64,000 bases of DNA from Azolla caroliniana (lineage: Eukaryota > Plantae > Polypodiophyta). Every line of letters begins with the position of its first letter. The first letter of the stretch is position 1. The position numbers and the translations under genes are program-made. The notes below the pieces were generated by a model, which was not told the DNA's origin, did no database searches, and saw only the letters and a program-made list of their open reading frames with translations. The stretch covers positions 17,608,001-17,672,000 of the forward strand of contig JBHGNT010000007.1 of assembly GCA_043228905.1 (NCBI GenBank). Reading direction: 5' to 3'. Shown here in pieces: positions 12,001 through 25,005 of this stretch.

Positions 12001-15000
12001 GTAATGTACGGCTATAAACTAAAATATCATCCAAGAAAATAACGACAAATTTTCCAAGTTGTTCTCGGAAAATGTCATTCATTTCTTGTTGAAAAGTAGC
12101 CGGAGCATTGGTCAAACCAAAAGGCATAACCAAAAACTCGTAATGGCCATAGCGCGTACGAAATGCCGTTTTAGGAACATCGTCCTCACTTATTCGTATT
12201 TGATGGTAGCCAGTACGGAGATCAAGTTTCGTAAAATACCGAGCTCCCTGGAGACGGTCAATTAGATCGTCAGCCCGGGGCAATGGATACGAATTCTTGA
12301 TCGTCACTTTATTCAAGCGTCGGTAATTAATACACATACGCCATGTGCCCTCTTTCTTTTTAACCAAGAGAACTGGTGCACCCCATGGAGATTTACTATA
12401 ACGTATATAACCCATTCGTAAATAGTCCGTGAGTTGCTTAGATACCTCATCTTCTTCGGATCGACTTAAGCGATACGGAGGTATACTTATTGGTGCAACA
12501 CCAGGTACAATATCTATACGATGGTCTATATTACGTTTAGGAGGTAACCCATCAGGTAGTTCACTTGGAAAAACATCATGAAAATCATTTAAGATTTCAT
12601 CAAGTTGTTGTTGTTCAAAATATGTTAATTGAATCGGGACATTATCGATATTGTAAACGTGAATGTCCGGATCAAGTACACAATAAAATAACGTAGAACA
12701 AGACAACTCGGATATTGATGTACACGAGGAAACAATCGAGAGGGATTGTTTTTTTACACATTGAATAAAATGCGTACAATCGTTCAGTACAAAAGAAATG
12801 GAATGTCGAACCCAATCAATAAATAAAGAAGAGTTTTTATTATAAAACCAGGGATAACCCAGTATTACATCGGTGGTACAAAGATTCATTACATGGAAGT
12901 CTACTTCCTCTATATAAGTATCAATAGAAATTCCTAATGAATGAATCGCCCCGTTGATGTATTGTACTCTTCCATCAGCCAAGTGCACCGTGTAGGTGTG
13001 ATCACTTACGGTGGGTTGGATTCCCCATATCTGAACCAAACGATCATTCACAAAATTGTGTGAGCTTCCCGAATCAAATAAAAATTGTACGGGAGATCCA
13101 TTGATATACCCGTTTGCACGTAGTAAATCATTGGGACCCAATACATAGTGAGGGAAAGAACATTGACAATTACTTAAATGATGTGTATAGACCTGAAGGA
13201 CATTAGGAATCTGACCTTTATGGTCTGCAGCTTTAGCTTTGTTGTCGTGCTCTTTCCGTTGGAGCTTTCGACATTGATCTTTTGTATGACCCTTCTTTTT
13301 GCAGAATACACAAAAAGGATGTTGTCGCTTACAATCGCGATCCAGGAATTCGTTGGGTGTCTTGCGTTTCCCAACAAATTGCAACTGCTTAGTCCCGGGC
13401 GCTTCGTTGGGTTTGTTATGGTCCTTCTTCGAAGTGCGTTGATAGCGAAGAACTATTTCAACGGCCTCTTCGAAGGATTTTGGATCCTTATCGTGCACTA
13501 TCCAGTGATAGTCCGAATTGGGGATGCCATTGACAAAACAAGCTATCAACCAATTGTCCCCTTCTAGACCCGATTTTTGGATTTGGGTTCTAGCATGGTG
13601 AACATAGTCTTCTAGCGAGGAAAATTTCCTGCTAGAGAGGTTCATTAAAGCTTGTGCTGCCTCGGTTCGAGAGGGAGGTTGCAGAAATTGGCCCTTAAAA
13701 ACCGTGACAAAATCTGTCCAGGCATCGGGCAATTTCCCCATAGTACGGAGGCCACGCCACCAGGCGGCGGCCTTACCCCCGAGTTCTCGGCCGACATATG
13801 CAATCTTCGTACTATCTGGCGTGGGATAGAGCTCAAAATGAGACTCCCATCGTCCCAGCCATGTGCAGATTGCTTCTTCGGTTCTTTCCTTTTTGTCTCC
13901 CGTAAATGGCTTAACGACAAATGATGGTTCACCTTGTCGCTCATCAGGTCTATTAGTCTCACGTTGTAGACTAATGACACGTGCCTCAAGAGCACTCTGA
14001 GATTGCCGAAGTTCGGTCATCTGTTGAGCGGTGAAACTAAGGTATTGGGTTATTTGTGCCAAATACATCTCAGTGGACATTTGTCCAGGAGGATTCCCTT
14101 GAGTTCCTTCCGCTTGAGCGGATGACATCGGGTCGTTAATTTGAGCCATTAAAGATTATTTCTGGAAAAGAAATAGGATAAGGTCAGAGATATAGTCATA
14201 ACATCTTGTCGTGATGTAAACATATCATGGGCGAGCATTAATCGATATCATTATCTCACGTCAATACCCCTCTAGACGTATGAGATGAGGTTCAAGATCA
14301 GGTTACTATGGTAACACAAAGGTGTTTTAAAAACCATGGGGGTGACAAATAAATGTCTTTCCCTGATCTCTATATCGATTTTTTCATGGTGGCTCCCCGA
14401 GGCTCAACCATGTATGTTCGCGTCATGAATAGTTTATACACGAAAAAAAATGTTAACAATAAACTATGTTTCGGTGCCCACATAAGTGGTTTCGGCTCTT
14501 TAAGTCCTATTACGAGGACCCCGAGGTGCACTTAGACCTTAAGTCTAAACATGTGTTATAGTCATATGTATCAAGGATGTTGTATGGTCTTGGTCATATT
14601 TGAACTCGAGACCTCGAGAACAAATACATTAAACACTTGAGCCAACCAAGTAAGTTGCTCTTCTCGAATGCTTAATGTTTGATGCGTATAAGAGATATGC
14701 GAGGCAATTGATCATATATGTTTTTTAAAAGAACATATATGTCAAGGTCCTTATTTTGCCCTCATTTAACAAAACTATGTTGATACGTTACCTAACCTCA
14801 AGTCTCGTAATTACGATGGCATACGGCAAAGTGCAACCTAATGGTGAAGCCAGATGAGCCCTCGTTTCGTAGTAGGCTCACGTGGGCCATCACATGGTCA
14901 CGTCATTACGAATGCCTCTCGTAAGAACGAGCTCATGGTGGCATCGTATCCATGTAACGAGGGAAGGATGTTGGATACGTGCGTCATTGGAGCGACCTCA

Positions 15001-18000
15001 CTTGAAGTGGGTCAAGCCCTACGTACTCAACATCATTATGGCTATTGCGTTTCTTTACGTAACGAAATCGAGGTCATCAACGGGGTTGTCAACAATAAAA
15101 AATTGTTGAAAAAGGAATGGTGACAACGCCATTCTCACAAAAATGTGAGGACGGCCACCAACATCCTTTTCCCGAGCATGACAACTTTCGACATAATCAC
15201 GTAATAACGAATATACACATATGTTTACTTTTCACATATATACGATCAAATACGTATATATGTGACCACATATGCCTATATTAAACATATCGTTATATTA
15301 AATAGCCACAAATGATGTGATCGAGATACGTAATCGAGGTATATACCTCTACGCACACGAAACATCCACAAATAAAAGATCATCGTAATACGCAATGGAG
15401 GTATTGACCTCTTACGCATACGAGACCAAACGCATATCGTTTACAACAAATTAAGGTATTAAACTCATACGCAAACGTAACATATGTTCGTGAACGTAAT
15501 ACGTAATTGAGGTATTAACCTCGTACGCATACGACACTCATCACATATTATTAATATGTCAAACGAGGTATTGACCTCGTGCACATATGTAAACGTTTTA
15601 GATAATCAATTAAAGACCACTACAACATCATTGATTTAATGAAAAAAAAAATTACATATAAACTAAACACATGATTAGATGGGAGAAGAGAGAATAGAAA
15701 AAAAAATATGGAAAGAGTTACCGAAGTTCTTTGTTGATCGTTGTCTGGATCAAGGCCAACCGCACAATGATCGATCAGCATCAATCAAAAGACAAATGAA
15801 AAACAAAGAAACATTAGTAAAAAAATCTGATACCAAATATTATAGATCATAGTACTAATGTAAGCTCAAAATAAGGATAATGAAAGATAGATAGAAAGGA
15901 GAAAGAGAAAGAAGGGTGCCGATCCACCCGACCACCCCCGAGCGAAGGGATCGAGACGGACTCGAGCCTCGATCGGCGTCCCATACCACCGCCGTGGCGT
16001 CGAGTCGTACCTGGTGCTGGCGCGCTCGCTACAAGAGTTGACCCACCACACGAGCAGAGTCTCGATGTAGTCAAAAGATGATCAAATGAGGGTAGCTAGG
16101 CCTCTTATTTATAGCGATACCCAAGGCCCCCAGGCAAGTTCACACTTGACCTAATGGGTTGTCTCAATCCCGAGGATTAAAAGTAATCCTCCCCTTCTTT
16201 ACACTCTCATTTAACCCTCACACTTATCCACGTGTATAGAATACTACGGTAAATTCTTACCACGGGATATTATATGGTCATGCTCGTAACAGTTGAATCC
16301 ATGTTCTCCTAGGTATTAGGTGAATGAGATATTTGCCAATGTCTTGGCCAATATCTGTGTGAATGATAGATGGTGCATCCAGGGAGTATCAGAAGATAGG
16401 TAGTATATGTCCATACTGAAACCAGGGAATGCAAAACTATGATGCCATTTGCGCATACTAACTTGAAATCGGTACGTCACTTGCCAAATGTGTAGAGACA
16501 CCAGAGCTAATCTGATGTATTTATGTTGATGAAGCTCCCATGTCTGCTGATGCATACTACTACTGCTCAAATCTCTGTAAAAGTGATGTTCAAGAAAAGT
16601 TGTATTTTCCATCAGAATGATTTTATGTAAAGGATGCATCCACATGTATTCAGAACTTTTTCATGAAACATGTGTGATGATAGGACTGTGTCCACAGATT
16701 GCAACATTATCCTGGACTTGATGTTTTTGGTGCTTTGCAAATTCCTAGTAGTGAAGGCAAAGAGCAGAAAGATTTCGATATCGTAATCCTTACCAAAAGG
16801 TCAGTTGTATATGTAAAAATATATTTCAAATTGCATCTGAATACTGTAATTTTTTCATGCAAAAGAGAACTGAAATGCTTCTTTATCCATGTTGCACAAA
16901 TGGTTTCTGAATAGGAAGCTCTGCATACTTGATGTAAAGAACTGGAGAGGCACAATAAAGAGTGATATTAATGGAAGCTGGTGTCAAACATTTGAAAATG
17001 GTTTATTTGTTAGGCATGGAAACATCGTAAGCCTCTTGCTTCATACTCTTGTACTTGCATTTGCAAAAATGTCGCAACGATCTATGTTTTTTGCAGAGGT
17101 TTAATGTTTTAAAGAGGCTTTTAAACAACTTTTTGGGCGGTAAAAGTTCGACACTATGTTATATGCAATCTAACCAAAAAGAAATTAATTGTATAATAAA
17201 TTAGCTGGACAATAAAGTTATGGTCCACATTCTTCTTGAGATCTGGTCTAGTATCTTTATGTAGATAGTGTGAGTCTTTAATCTCATCTTCCATTTTTAA
17301 ATAAATATACAAGATTGAACATATATTTTAGTTCAATCTCTTCCAGTATTTTAAGAGAAAATCTTATGCTCAATATGCATAAGCGAGTTGATGGTAGAAA
17401 CCTTCTTTCTCGGAAAATGGATATGATTCATATTGGGCTCTGTGAATCGCGTGAAAACAATATTGGATTGCTTTTAATGCAGAGGTTTGATGGAATAGAT
17501 GAATGATACATTGCTTGAAAGTTCTTAGAATCATATACAAGATATGATTTTGAACAATTTGTAAATGGAAAACCTCATTTTTTTGGTATGACATGTGGTA
17601 CATGATGCGTGGTATTGTAGAGTATGGATTTTAGGCAATCATGAATAATTTTTTATGAATATTTTAGAGTACCATGTCATATATGACGTATATAATTTTA
17701 GTGTATGGTTTTTTAGGTATTTATAAAACATAAAATCATGTAATCTTTTTTAGAGGGCACATGGTGTAGTATATATGGGATTCTGATGGTTTTGAATCAT
17801 CTCATGCCTATATATATGTAGTTTGTAATTTGGGTGATTTATGGAAATGTTATGTATTTGACAGGTTGAGGAAGTTAAAAATCGGTCTATGTTGCTAGAG
17901 GCATATCTCTCTGGAAGAGGGTTGGAATTGCCACCAACTTTTATTGATATCATTGTAGTTCTTGCAAATGTGGATAGCAGGTATTTTTTTGTTCGTTTTT

Positions 18001-19976
18001 ATGCAGACTGTACTCCTGGAGCCAGTTCTTGTTTGTAACCCAAGCTCATTTACATAAAGAGAAGATATAATTTTGGCTACCAATTCACAAAATTCTATGC
18101 AATGGTAACAGAAACGGCTGAGTTTCTTTTGGTCAAAATTTTCACACTGCAACTATGTATGTATGGATACATACATGCATGCATGCACACACGGACAAAC
18201 ATCCATGCATATGCATGCATCCATCCATACATGCATATTGCTCAATGGCAAATGATCGGGTTCAACCCAATGAATCAACAAATATACTGTTATATGGAGA
18301 GAAGCAACTGCCAGGGGAAGAAGAATCACAAAGCTATTCCGTCTATGTAGCTGAAGGACCAGATTAACAATCATGACAAATTTTTCATATACTTGATCAT
18401 TGAACATGTTTTCTGTGAGAACTTTATGAAAAAGATTTTTTGTTGTTGTTAATGGTTCTCACCTTGAGGATCATTTCTTCATCATCAGGCTCAATGAAAC
18501 CATTCTTGGGCAGTCACAAGTATTCTCTTACAACAGTTGGAGGTGTTTTTGAGGAAGGAGTCGAGCAAGAGCAAGACTTGTTGTGCAAAACTGAAGATTT
18601 CGAGAAAGAGAATGATGATATCAAAAGATTTGTATGGTCAGCTACATAGCATCCTTTGCACTGTGCCGTTGTGGGACAGGTGAACCTCTACACCTCTCAA
18701 GTTGCAAATTGGTTTGGAAGAGATGGGAAGGATTACCATTTCTTATTGATTGGCCTAGTGGTTCGGGTTCCCGTATAAGCTACAACCTTGGAGTTCAATT
18801 GCCCCTTCCCACTCTCCAATTGATTTTAATCGTTTGGCTTCTTGCATTGTAAGTTGCAGCTTTGGTGATCAATTCTCCTCTCCTAGCACAAAATTAATGC
18901 CACATTTGATGTATCCATAGAGGAAGGAACTAACATTTTTTCATTGTAGAATGTGCAAAACCAATCCTATATTTAAGTTGTACAGATAGGTGGTACTAAT
19001 GTACTCGCAGTTTTGATCGTCGAATGTACTTACCATTTTTTCCAAGCAACAAAGCTCATGCTGCATTTGAGTTGTACCGATAGAGAATGGTACTAATGGA
19101 CTCTCAACTTTCGTAGTAGAATGTAGGTCTCATTTTTCCAACCACAATATCCATGCCTCAGTTGAGTTTGACCCATAGCAGCAGACGAGAAATGTAATTT
19201 GTCAATTATTCTCATAACTGCAATGGGTTATGTATCTCTATCTTCTAGAATCACATCGGAGGGAGGAGCGATGATGCTTGGAGACTTTATACGGTGTGAT
19301 GGATGTGATGAGGACATGGAGGCTTTGAAATTGGTAAAAAGATCATGTGTTCGCGAGATGAGGATAAGCATCAATCATAAGCAAAAATCTCGTCTTTTGC
19401 GCAAAGGTTTGTCTCTTGTTTTTAACTAAATGGTTTATTTATCTATTTCGATAATTGAATAGTCCAGTCGAAACAAGAGCCTTTTGTGTGGAAGTCTGTC
19501 TTGACATTGGTATAACTACCAATAAATAGTTTTATATTTAAAAGTGCATGAGTGACTTTTAACTCGTCACTTTCAATACCCAAATCCTTTTCCAGTCTAT
19601 ATGCTCTTGGAGGAATGAAAGAGAGGGTCTGATACCATGTGTAATGCGCAGTATACTTCCAAGTATCAATCCATGCAATAGAGTAGTGCATTTTGAAGAA
19701 CAATCTATATGCTTCTAAGGGATGAGCGATCTATAGATTTTTTTAACAATCAATGTCAATTTTTCAGGGTTAATTTTGAAGCTCGTGTCGTTGATCGATA
19801 TCAGGTGCATCATCTGTGATTACCGTGCAAATGCATCGAGAAGAAATTCGGACGAAAATGGAACAGTATGGAATGCAACTGTATCTGGAGACATAGATGT
19901 CTTCCGATGTCTCGGAACTCGTACACCTCAAGTATTCAAATTGAGCACATTGATTGCACTTGGGTTGAGTGCTTGA
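6011..19976 (+). CDS. Plant NERD (nuclease-related domain) protein, AT1G65020-like; 7 exons, apparent 1-nt frameshift in exon 5
   Basis: Exons 6011-6219, 16698-16799, 16915-17026, 17865-17980, 18489-18679, 19249-19406, 19768-19976, all GT-AG. Peptides [49 protein letters not shown]...[12 protein letters not shown] and the C-terminus [13 protein letters not shown] match my recollection of the Arabidopsis AT1G65020 family. Confidence 0.85.
6900..7560 (-). mobile_element. Highly degraded copia integrase remnant in intron 1
   Basis: Minus-strand fragments [12 protein letters not shown] and RTDGGEF resemble copia integrase motifs; heavily decayed. Confidence 0.3.
9276..16291 (-). mobile_element. 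Full-length Ty3/gypsy chromovirus, very recent insertion in NERD-gene intron 1
   Basis: 454-bp LTRs at 9276-9729 and 15838-16291, with no differences seen by eye. 5-bp TSD GTTGA (9271-9275 / 16292-16296). tRNA-iMet PBS TGGTATCAGA (15835-15826). PPT GAGGGGGAG (~9740-9732). Confidence 0.97.
9716..14149 (-). pseudogene. gag-pol polyprotein (gag, CCHC knuckle, protease, RT, RNase H, integrase, chromodomain) with one in-frame stop at 11009-11011
   Basis: [53 protein letters not shown]. ORFs 11009-14149 and 9716-10927 are in the same frame, separated by TAA plus 27 codons ([11 protein letters not shown]). Confidence 0.95.
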
Positions 19977-20879
19977 AGGAGGAAAAGTATATAGTTCAAC
20001 TTTAGATATTTGCACATAATACACAATCAAGACATTGATATGTGGCCTTAATGGAGATCATGAAAACACAATGAAGGTTCGGAAAGATGAAGTTCTATGT
20101 ACACATGAAAAAGCATTTCTCTCATTTAAGGAAGAAGTACAAAATGGTTCATGTTAAACCTACACAAATATCTACATGATGATATGGATGGACAATCCAC
20201 CACCTCTAATTTTTGTATGTGCTATGCATTTTGTAAAGTAAATTTCATGCATTTCTTCATAATTTGGTGTTTCTCAGTATTTTTATATAACTAAATACGG
20301 TGATTCTTTGTATCCCTTTTATCATCGTAATTTGATGATTCTCAGTATTTTGTTTTTGTTACATCTATGTTGATGGTTCTCGGATTTCTTTTTGTGAAGG
20401 TCTTTCCTTGATGATCTTCAGGTCTGTTCTTATGCCATCATCATTATATCATTTGTGAAGTTGTCATTGTGACCAAATATCCATATTGGGTTCCATACTC
20501 AAAATATGATTCGTCATATTAGGTTATCTTTGAGCTTGCGTATACTTTTCCTTGATTAATATAGTAAACATTGGCATACTCTATATTATTTTCCCTTTAT
20601 CTAACATCAATTTTGTGAAGGTGTTCTAAATATTCTGAAATTTGGATGTGAAATTGATTTTCCATTTTTTTTAGAAGCAATTATATTGTATCTTTGTAAA
20701 GCTGTTCTCAAAACAAAAAAGGATGCAATTGGTATAGATTGCAATAGAAATCTCTCTTTAATGTCTGGATGAGATCGATTACAATGTATGAGATGTAGCT
20801 TGTGGATATAGATAGATAGATAGGTCTTTAATGTCCGCATGAGACCAATTGCAATAATTGAGGTGGGGCCTATCCCATC

Positions 20880-20948
20880 ATGGGGATTGAACTTGGTTCT
20901 CTTAGTTTTATGGCTTTGATGCTATGTTGTAGACCACCAAGCTAATAG
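20880..20948 (-). other. Possible tRNA-derived SINE-like head
   Basis: Minus strand TAGCTTGGTGG (A-box-like) followed by AGTTCAATCCC (B-box-like); no cloverleaf or TSD could be confirmed. Confidence 0.25.
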
Positions 20949-21516
20949 CAAAGAAAGAGAAATAGAGATTTATTTTAGTAGTTATCACTTTACATAGATG
21001 TATAATTGAGTAATGACACAATGTTCAAGAATTTTGGTGATGAACCTTATAATCAAGTGTGCACATTGTGATGATGAGGAATGTGAAGGGAGTGGCCTAG
21101 ATGACAATGTGTGGAAAGCAAACTCGAATGTGGTCAAAACTAGCACATTGTTTTGAAGTGTGATACTTCGACGACTGCTTTGGTTCAAGACAAAATATGC
21201 CCCAACATTTCGTCTCACATTGAAGAGAATGTGAGGTTAGCTATATTGAAGATTTTACCCTGGCTCAATATAATATCAAGACTAGAAGACATGAACATGA
21301 CTTCCTCACAAACTGTGGGACACATTGATATGGACACAAATTCAATTCCTCCAACAAAGAGCAATATTATATTAGAATGTAATTGTGCAAGTGAAGAATT
21401 AGGGAGCTCTATGAGACTTTAAAGTTATTGAGAATATCAATGTGAAGAGATTGACATATATTAAGGTCATATATGTTGATGACGTCACAAGGATAATCAT
21501 AATTGTGATAATTTAT

Positions 21517-22313
21517 GAGGGATTATCAAAATATTGTTTGTTTGATCTTGTGGAGGAAAATGAAAATGAAGCAAACGAATGCATTGATGATGATGTGCAT
21601 GAGGGACTACCAAAACCTTGTTTATTTGATCTTGTGGAGGAAAATGAAAATGAAGCCAAAGAATGCATTGATGAGGATGTGCATGAGGGACGATCAAAAC
21701 CTTGTTTGTTTGATCTTGTGGAGGAAAATGAAAATGAAGCAAAAGAATGCATTGATGAGGATGTGCATGAGGGACTATGAAAACCTTGTTTGTTTGATCT
21801 TGTGGAGGAAAATAACAATCGACAATGGTTCGGTTCGGTTCGGTTTGAGAGGGTCAAAACCGAATTGTTTAAATTGTTTGAAACCTGTGCCGAACCGAAC
21901 CACAAAACCGTTATTATTTTTCAAACCATTAAACCATTAAACTGTTAAAACCGCGGTTTCGTGGTTCGGTTTCGGTTTTCAACTTAGGTCAAAATTTAAA
22001 ATATTTTATTATTTTAAATTTTTTAAATTTAAAGATGTTCCTAAAATGTGAGAATAAGGCTTGCAAATGAAAAGATTGTTTAAAAACAAATTTTAATTTA
22101 AAAATAAATAAATAAATAACCGTTAAACCGTTTAAAACGCGGTTCTAAATGTTAATACCGAAATGAACCGTTAAAAAAACCCTGAACCTGAAACAAACCA
22201 TTTAAACCGTTTATCCGTGGTTTCGCGGTTTGGTTTGGTTCAAACCGAACCGTTGCCGATTGTTAGAGGAAAATGAAAATGAAGCAAAAGAATACATTGA
22301 TGAGGATGTGCAT
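21517..22313 (+). repeat. 84-bp tandem repeat, 4 copies, last copy split by a MITE
   Basis: Units start at 21517, 21601, 21685 and 21769; one frame reads EGLPKPCLFDLVEENENEAKECIDEDVH repeats. Confidence 0.9.
21813..22265. mobile_element. hAT-type MITE
   Basis: TIRs TAACAATCG(A/G)CAA(T/C)GGTTCGGTT; perfect 8-bp TSD GAGGAAAA (21805-21812 / 22266-22273); subterminal AACCG/CGGTT repeats; AT-rich core. Confidence 0.92.
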
Positions 22314-23329
22314 GATGTGGAAGTCGACGTAAAAGTAGGTTTGTAGTCTTTTGATGTATTTTATGATCATGAGATTATATTATTTTCTATTGACAAGATC
22401 ACATTTATAAATTGGATTAAACAATGGTTGAACACAATTTAACATTGAATTGTGTTCAAAATATATATGCAGGCTCACGAGAGTTTTATGATGTCCTATT
22501 TCACTCCCCTAAGCATCGAAGTGCATTGTTGGATAAAGTTACCATGTTTTTTAATAAATGGTTGGTTCATGTAATGCAATGGTTCCTCGTAGTGCACGCT
22601 TTGTTAAAACAAGAATGCCCCATTTGGATGACAATAGATTAAGAATGCATTTTTATGGTCCCTTTACTAGAGTCGATGAGTCAAATGGGTAAAAGTGATA
22701 TATTAAGAGCGGGTGATGACGTGAGTGTCACACTAAAGAGAACACCTAGAAGGTTGAGCTCATATGTGTATGCCTTATTCACACATGAGACTTGGTGCCT
22801 CAAAGTATGAATATCCCTTCTTAGGAAGGAAACATGCATCAAGATAGCTTTTGTACTTAGGGTCACTATTGGCCTCTATGGACGTTGGATATGAGATACC
22901 AATAATGAGATGCCCTGGATGAGTGTGTATGAACACACATGTTGTGAACGACTTTGTTTTAAATTAACATGGGAGACATTTGCAAATCATTTTTTTGGAT
23001 GAGGTGAATGGAACCACATTATGGTGAAACGCCAACGTGATTGTCCTTTGACTATAAGATTCATATTGAAGGGATTAATGGTAAGGAAGACATTGGGAGA
23101 GATGTTGGTACATCAGATATTGTGGTTGTTATGGATGATGGAACAACGTATGGAACATGTGATAATGATGCCCAAGTTCAAAGGTTTTGGCCTAAGAATA
23201 AGGGAAATCAATTGATGGATATACTAAACTGAAACCAAACCATGTTTGTTTGATGCATCTCAATCTTTGTTACAACATTTAATTGTGGGTGTTCCTGAGC
23301 AAATTGTGTGGGTTTCATTGGTTGTTGAG

Positions 23330-24500
23330 GTTTGTAAGTTGGGTGTATGGACATGGTTGCATGTGAATGATCAAGTTTCACCTTACAATTTGCAAAACAT
23401 GATGATGATGATTCCTTTTCACCAATGTCACTTCGTATGACAATTCTATAAGGTCATGTGGGATCTTGAGATCACTTCCCTATTTGTATGGAGGTTTATA
23501 ATAATACAATTGACATGTATAAATCCTTACTTCAACCTCACTTTGATTATCCCATGGAGCAAATTTTTTATGAACTTTTCACAACTTCTAAAATGGATAA
23601 TAAGGGAATAAAGGCATGGGATACAACTTTATGATATAGTAAGATCATTCCTTGTATGCATGAGTCAACTAATGCCCAAGGTCAATTGCAAGTGATTATT
23701 TCTCAATCACAATGTCAAAGTTACCGTTATGCTAAGATGTGACAACTCAAGGATAGGTTCATAAATAATCAATGTAAATCTCATTGTTTTCCAAGCTTAT
23801 ATTCTGCCTATGCTTGATCTAATGTCTTACATGTGAAGCAAGGGGATTCATTTATTGTGGATCCTACTATAATAATTGCAATATGTGTTCATCACTTTAG
23901 GGAGTTGATTGGTCCACAATTATTTATAAAGAATGCATTAATTAGAGCATGTCGTGAATTTTATGATGTGGTTTGAATATATTGTGCAAGACCTCCTTAA
24001 TCATGAATTGGACGTGAATTTCATTGAGGATGAGAGGGACATGGTTTTAAGGCATCTTCCTAGTAGTAAGAGCCATCTTGGGATGACTTAAAAATGAAGT
24101 ATTTAAATAATATTCTAACATTTTGGGCCTAACCTAACTTTGGTGTTCCAACATTGTTAGGATTTTGGTTGTATGCCTCAAGTATGGAAGGTTGAACTTA
24201 TTATATTAGTTCTGAATGTGGCACCACTAAAGACCTATTTCTTTGATGGAGGTGTTGTGTTGTATAAGATAGTTATAAAGGTCGTAGCAAATAGATTAGA
24301 AAAATATTTGCCAAGTTGATACACTTCCCCCAATACTGTTTCATTATAGGTAGAAATATATTGCATAATGTACTAAATGTTCAAATGACCATGGATAATG
24401 CATGACACACTCATCAAGAACTGATTATGGTGCATAAGATTTGCAGAGAGCTTATGATAATGTAAATTAGTCCTTAATGCTCAGTGGTAGAGTATTACAT
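23330..24500 (+). mobile_element. Degraded L1-like LINE ORF2 remnant
   Basis: Fragments DHFPI (endonuclease end) and GRNILHNVLNVQMTMD...DLQRAYDNVN (RT), with many stops. Confidence 0.55.
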
Positions 24501-24854
24501 AAGATATTGTCTTCATGAGATCTATTCATCAAGTGAGGAAAGAATCACTAGGATTTTGGACATAAGAGACGAAAGGAGTAGAGATGTAGTATTATAGATT
24601 AGAATGTGGTTGTGAGCATTGCATTAAAGTAGTTTCGAACTTACCACTTTTGTTGCAAGGTAAGTAGGTCCACAAGCTATTGATAAACTCTTCTTTTTCT
24701 AAAACAAAGGACAATATGATATTCCATTCTATCTTCCAATGAGGATACAAATGAGCATTGAACTAAAGTAAAACTAGAACCTTTGCCTTTTGCTTGCAAG
24801 GTGAGCATCACAGCCTTCAAGCAATCTCTTCTTGTGTTAAAGATTGTCTATTGT

Positions 24855-24931
24855 CCTTGTCCTTGTCCTTCAGCCTTTTTCCTTTTCCTTTTCCTTCTCT
24901 CCTTCTTCTCCTCCTCCACCTCCACCTCCAC

Positions 24932-24962
<31 letters not shown>

Positions 24963-24972
24963 TTATTCTTCT

Positions 24973-25005
<33 letters not shown>
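24855..25005. repeat. Compound microsatellite (CCTCCA)n-(CAT)n-(CT)n-(CA)n
   Basis: Direct reading of the sequence. Confidence 0.8.

Noticed and set aside
15325-15585. CRISPR-like repeat/spacer appearance
   Set aside because: The repeats are short and degenerate, lie inside a retrotransposon leader in a eukaryotic context, and have no cas genes nearby.
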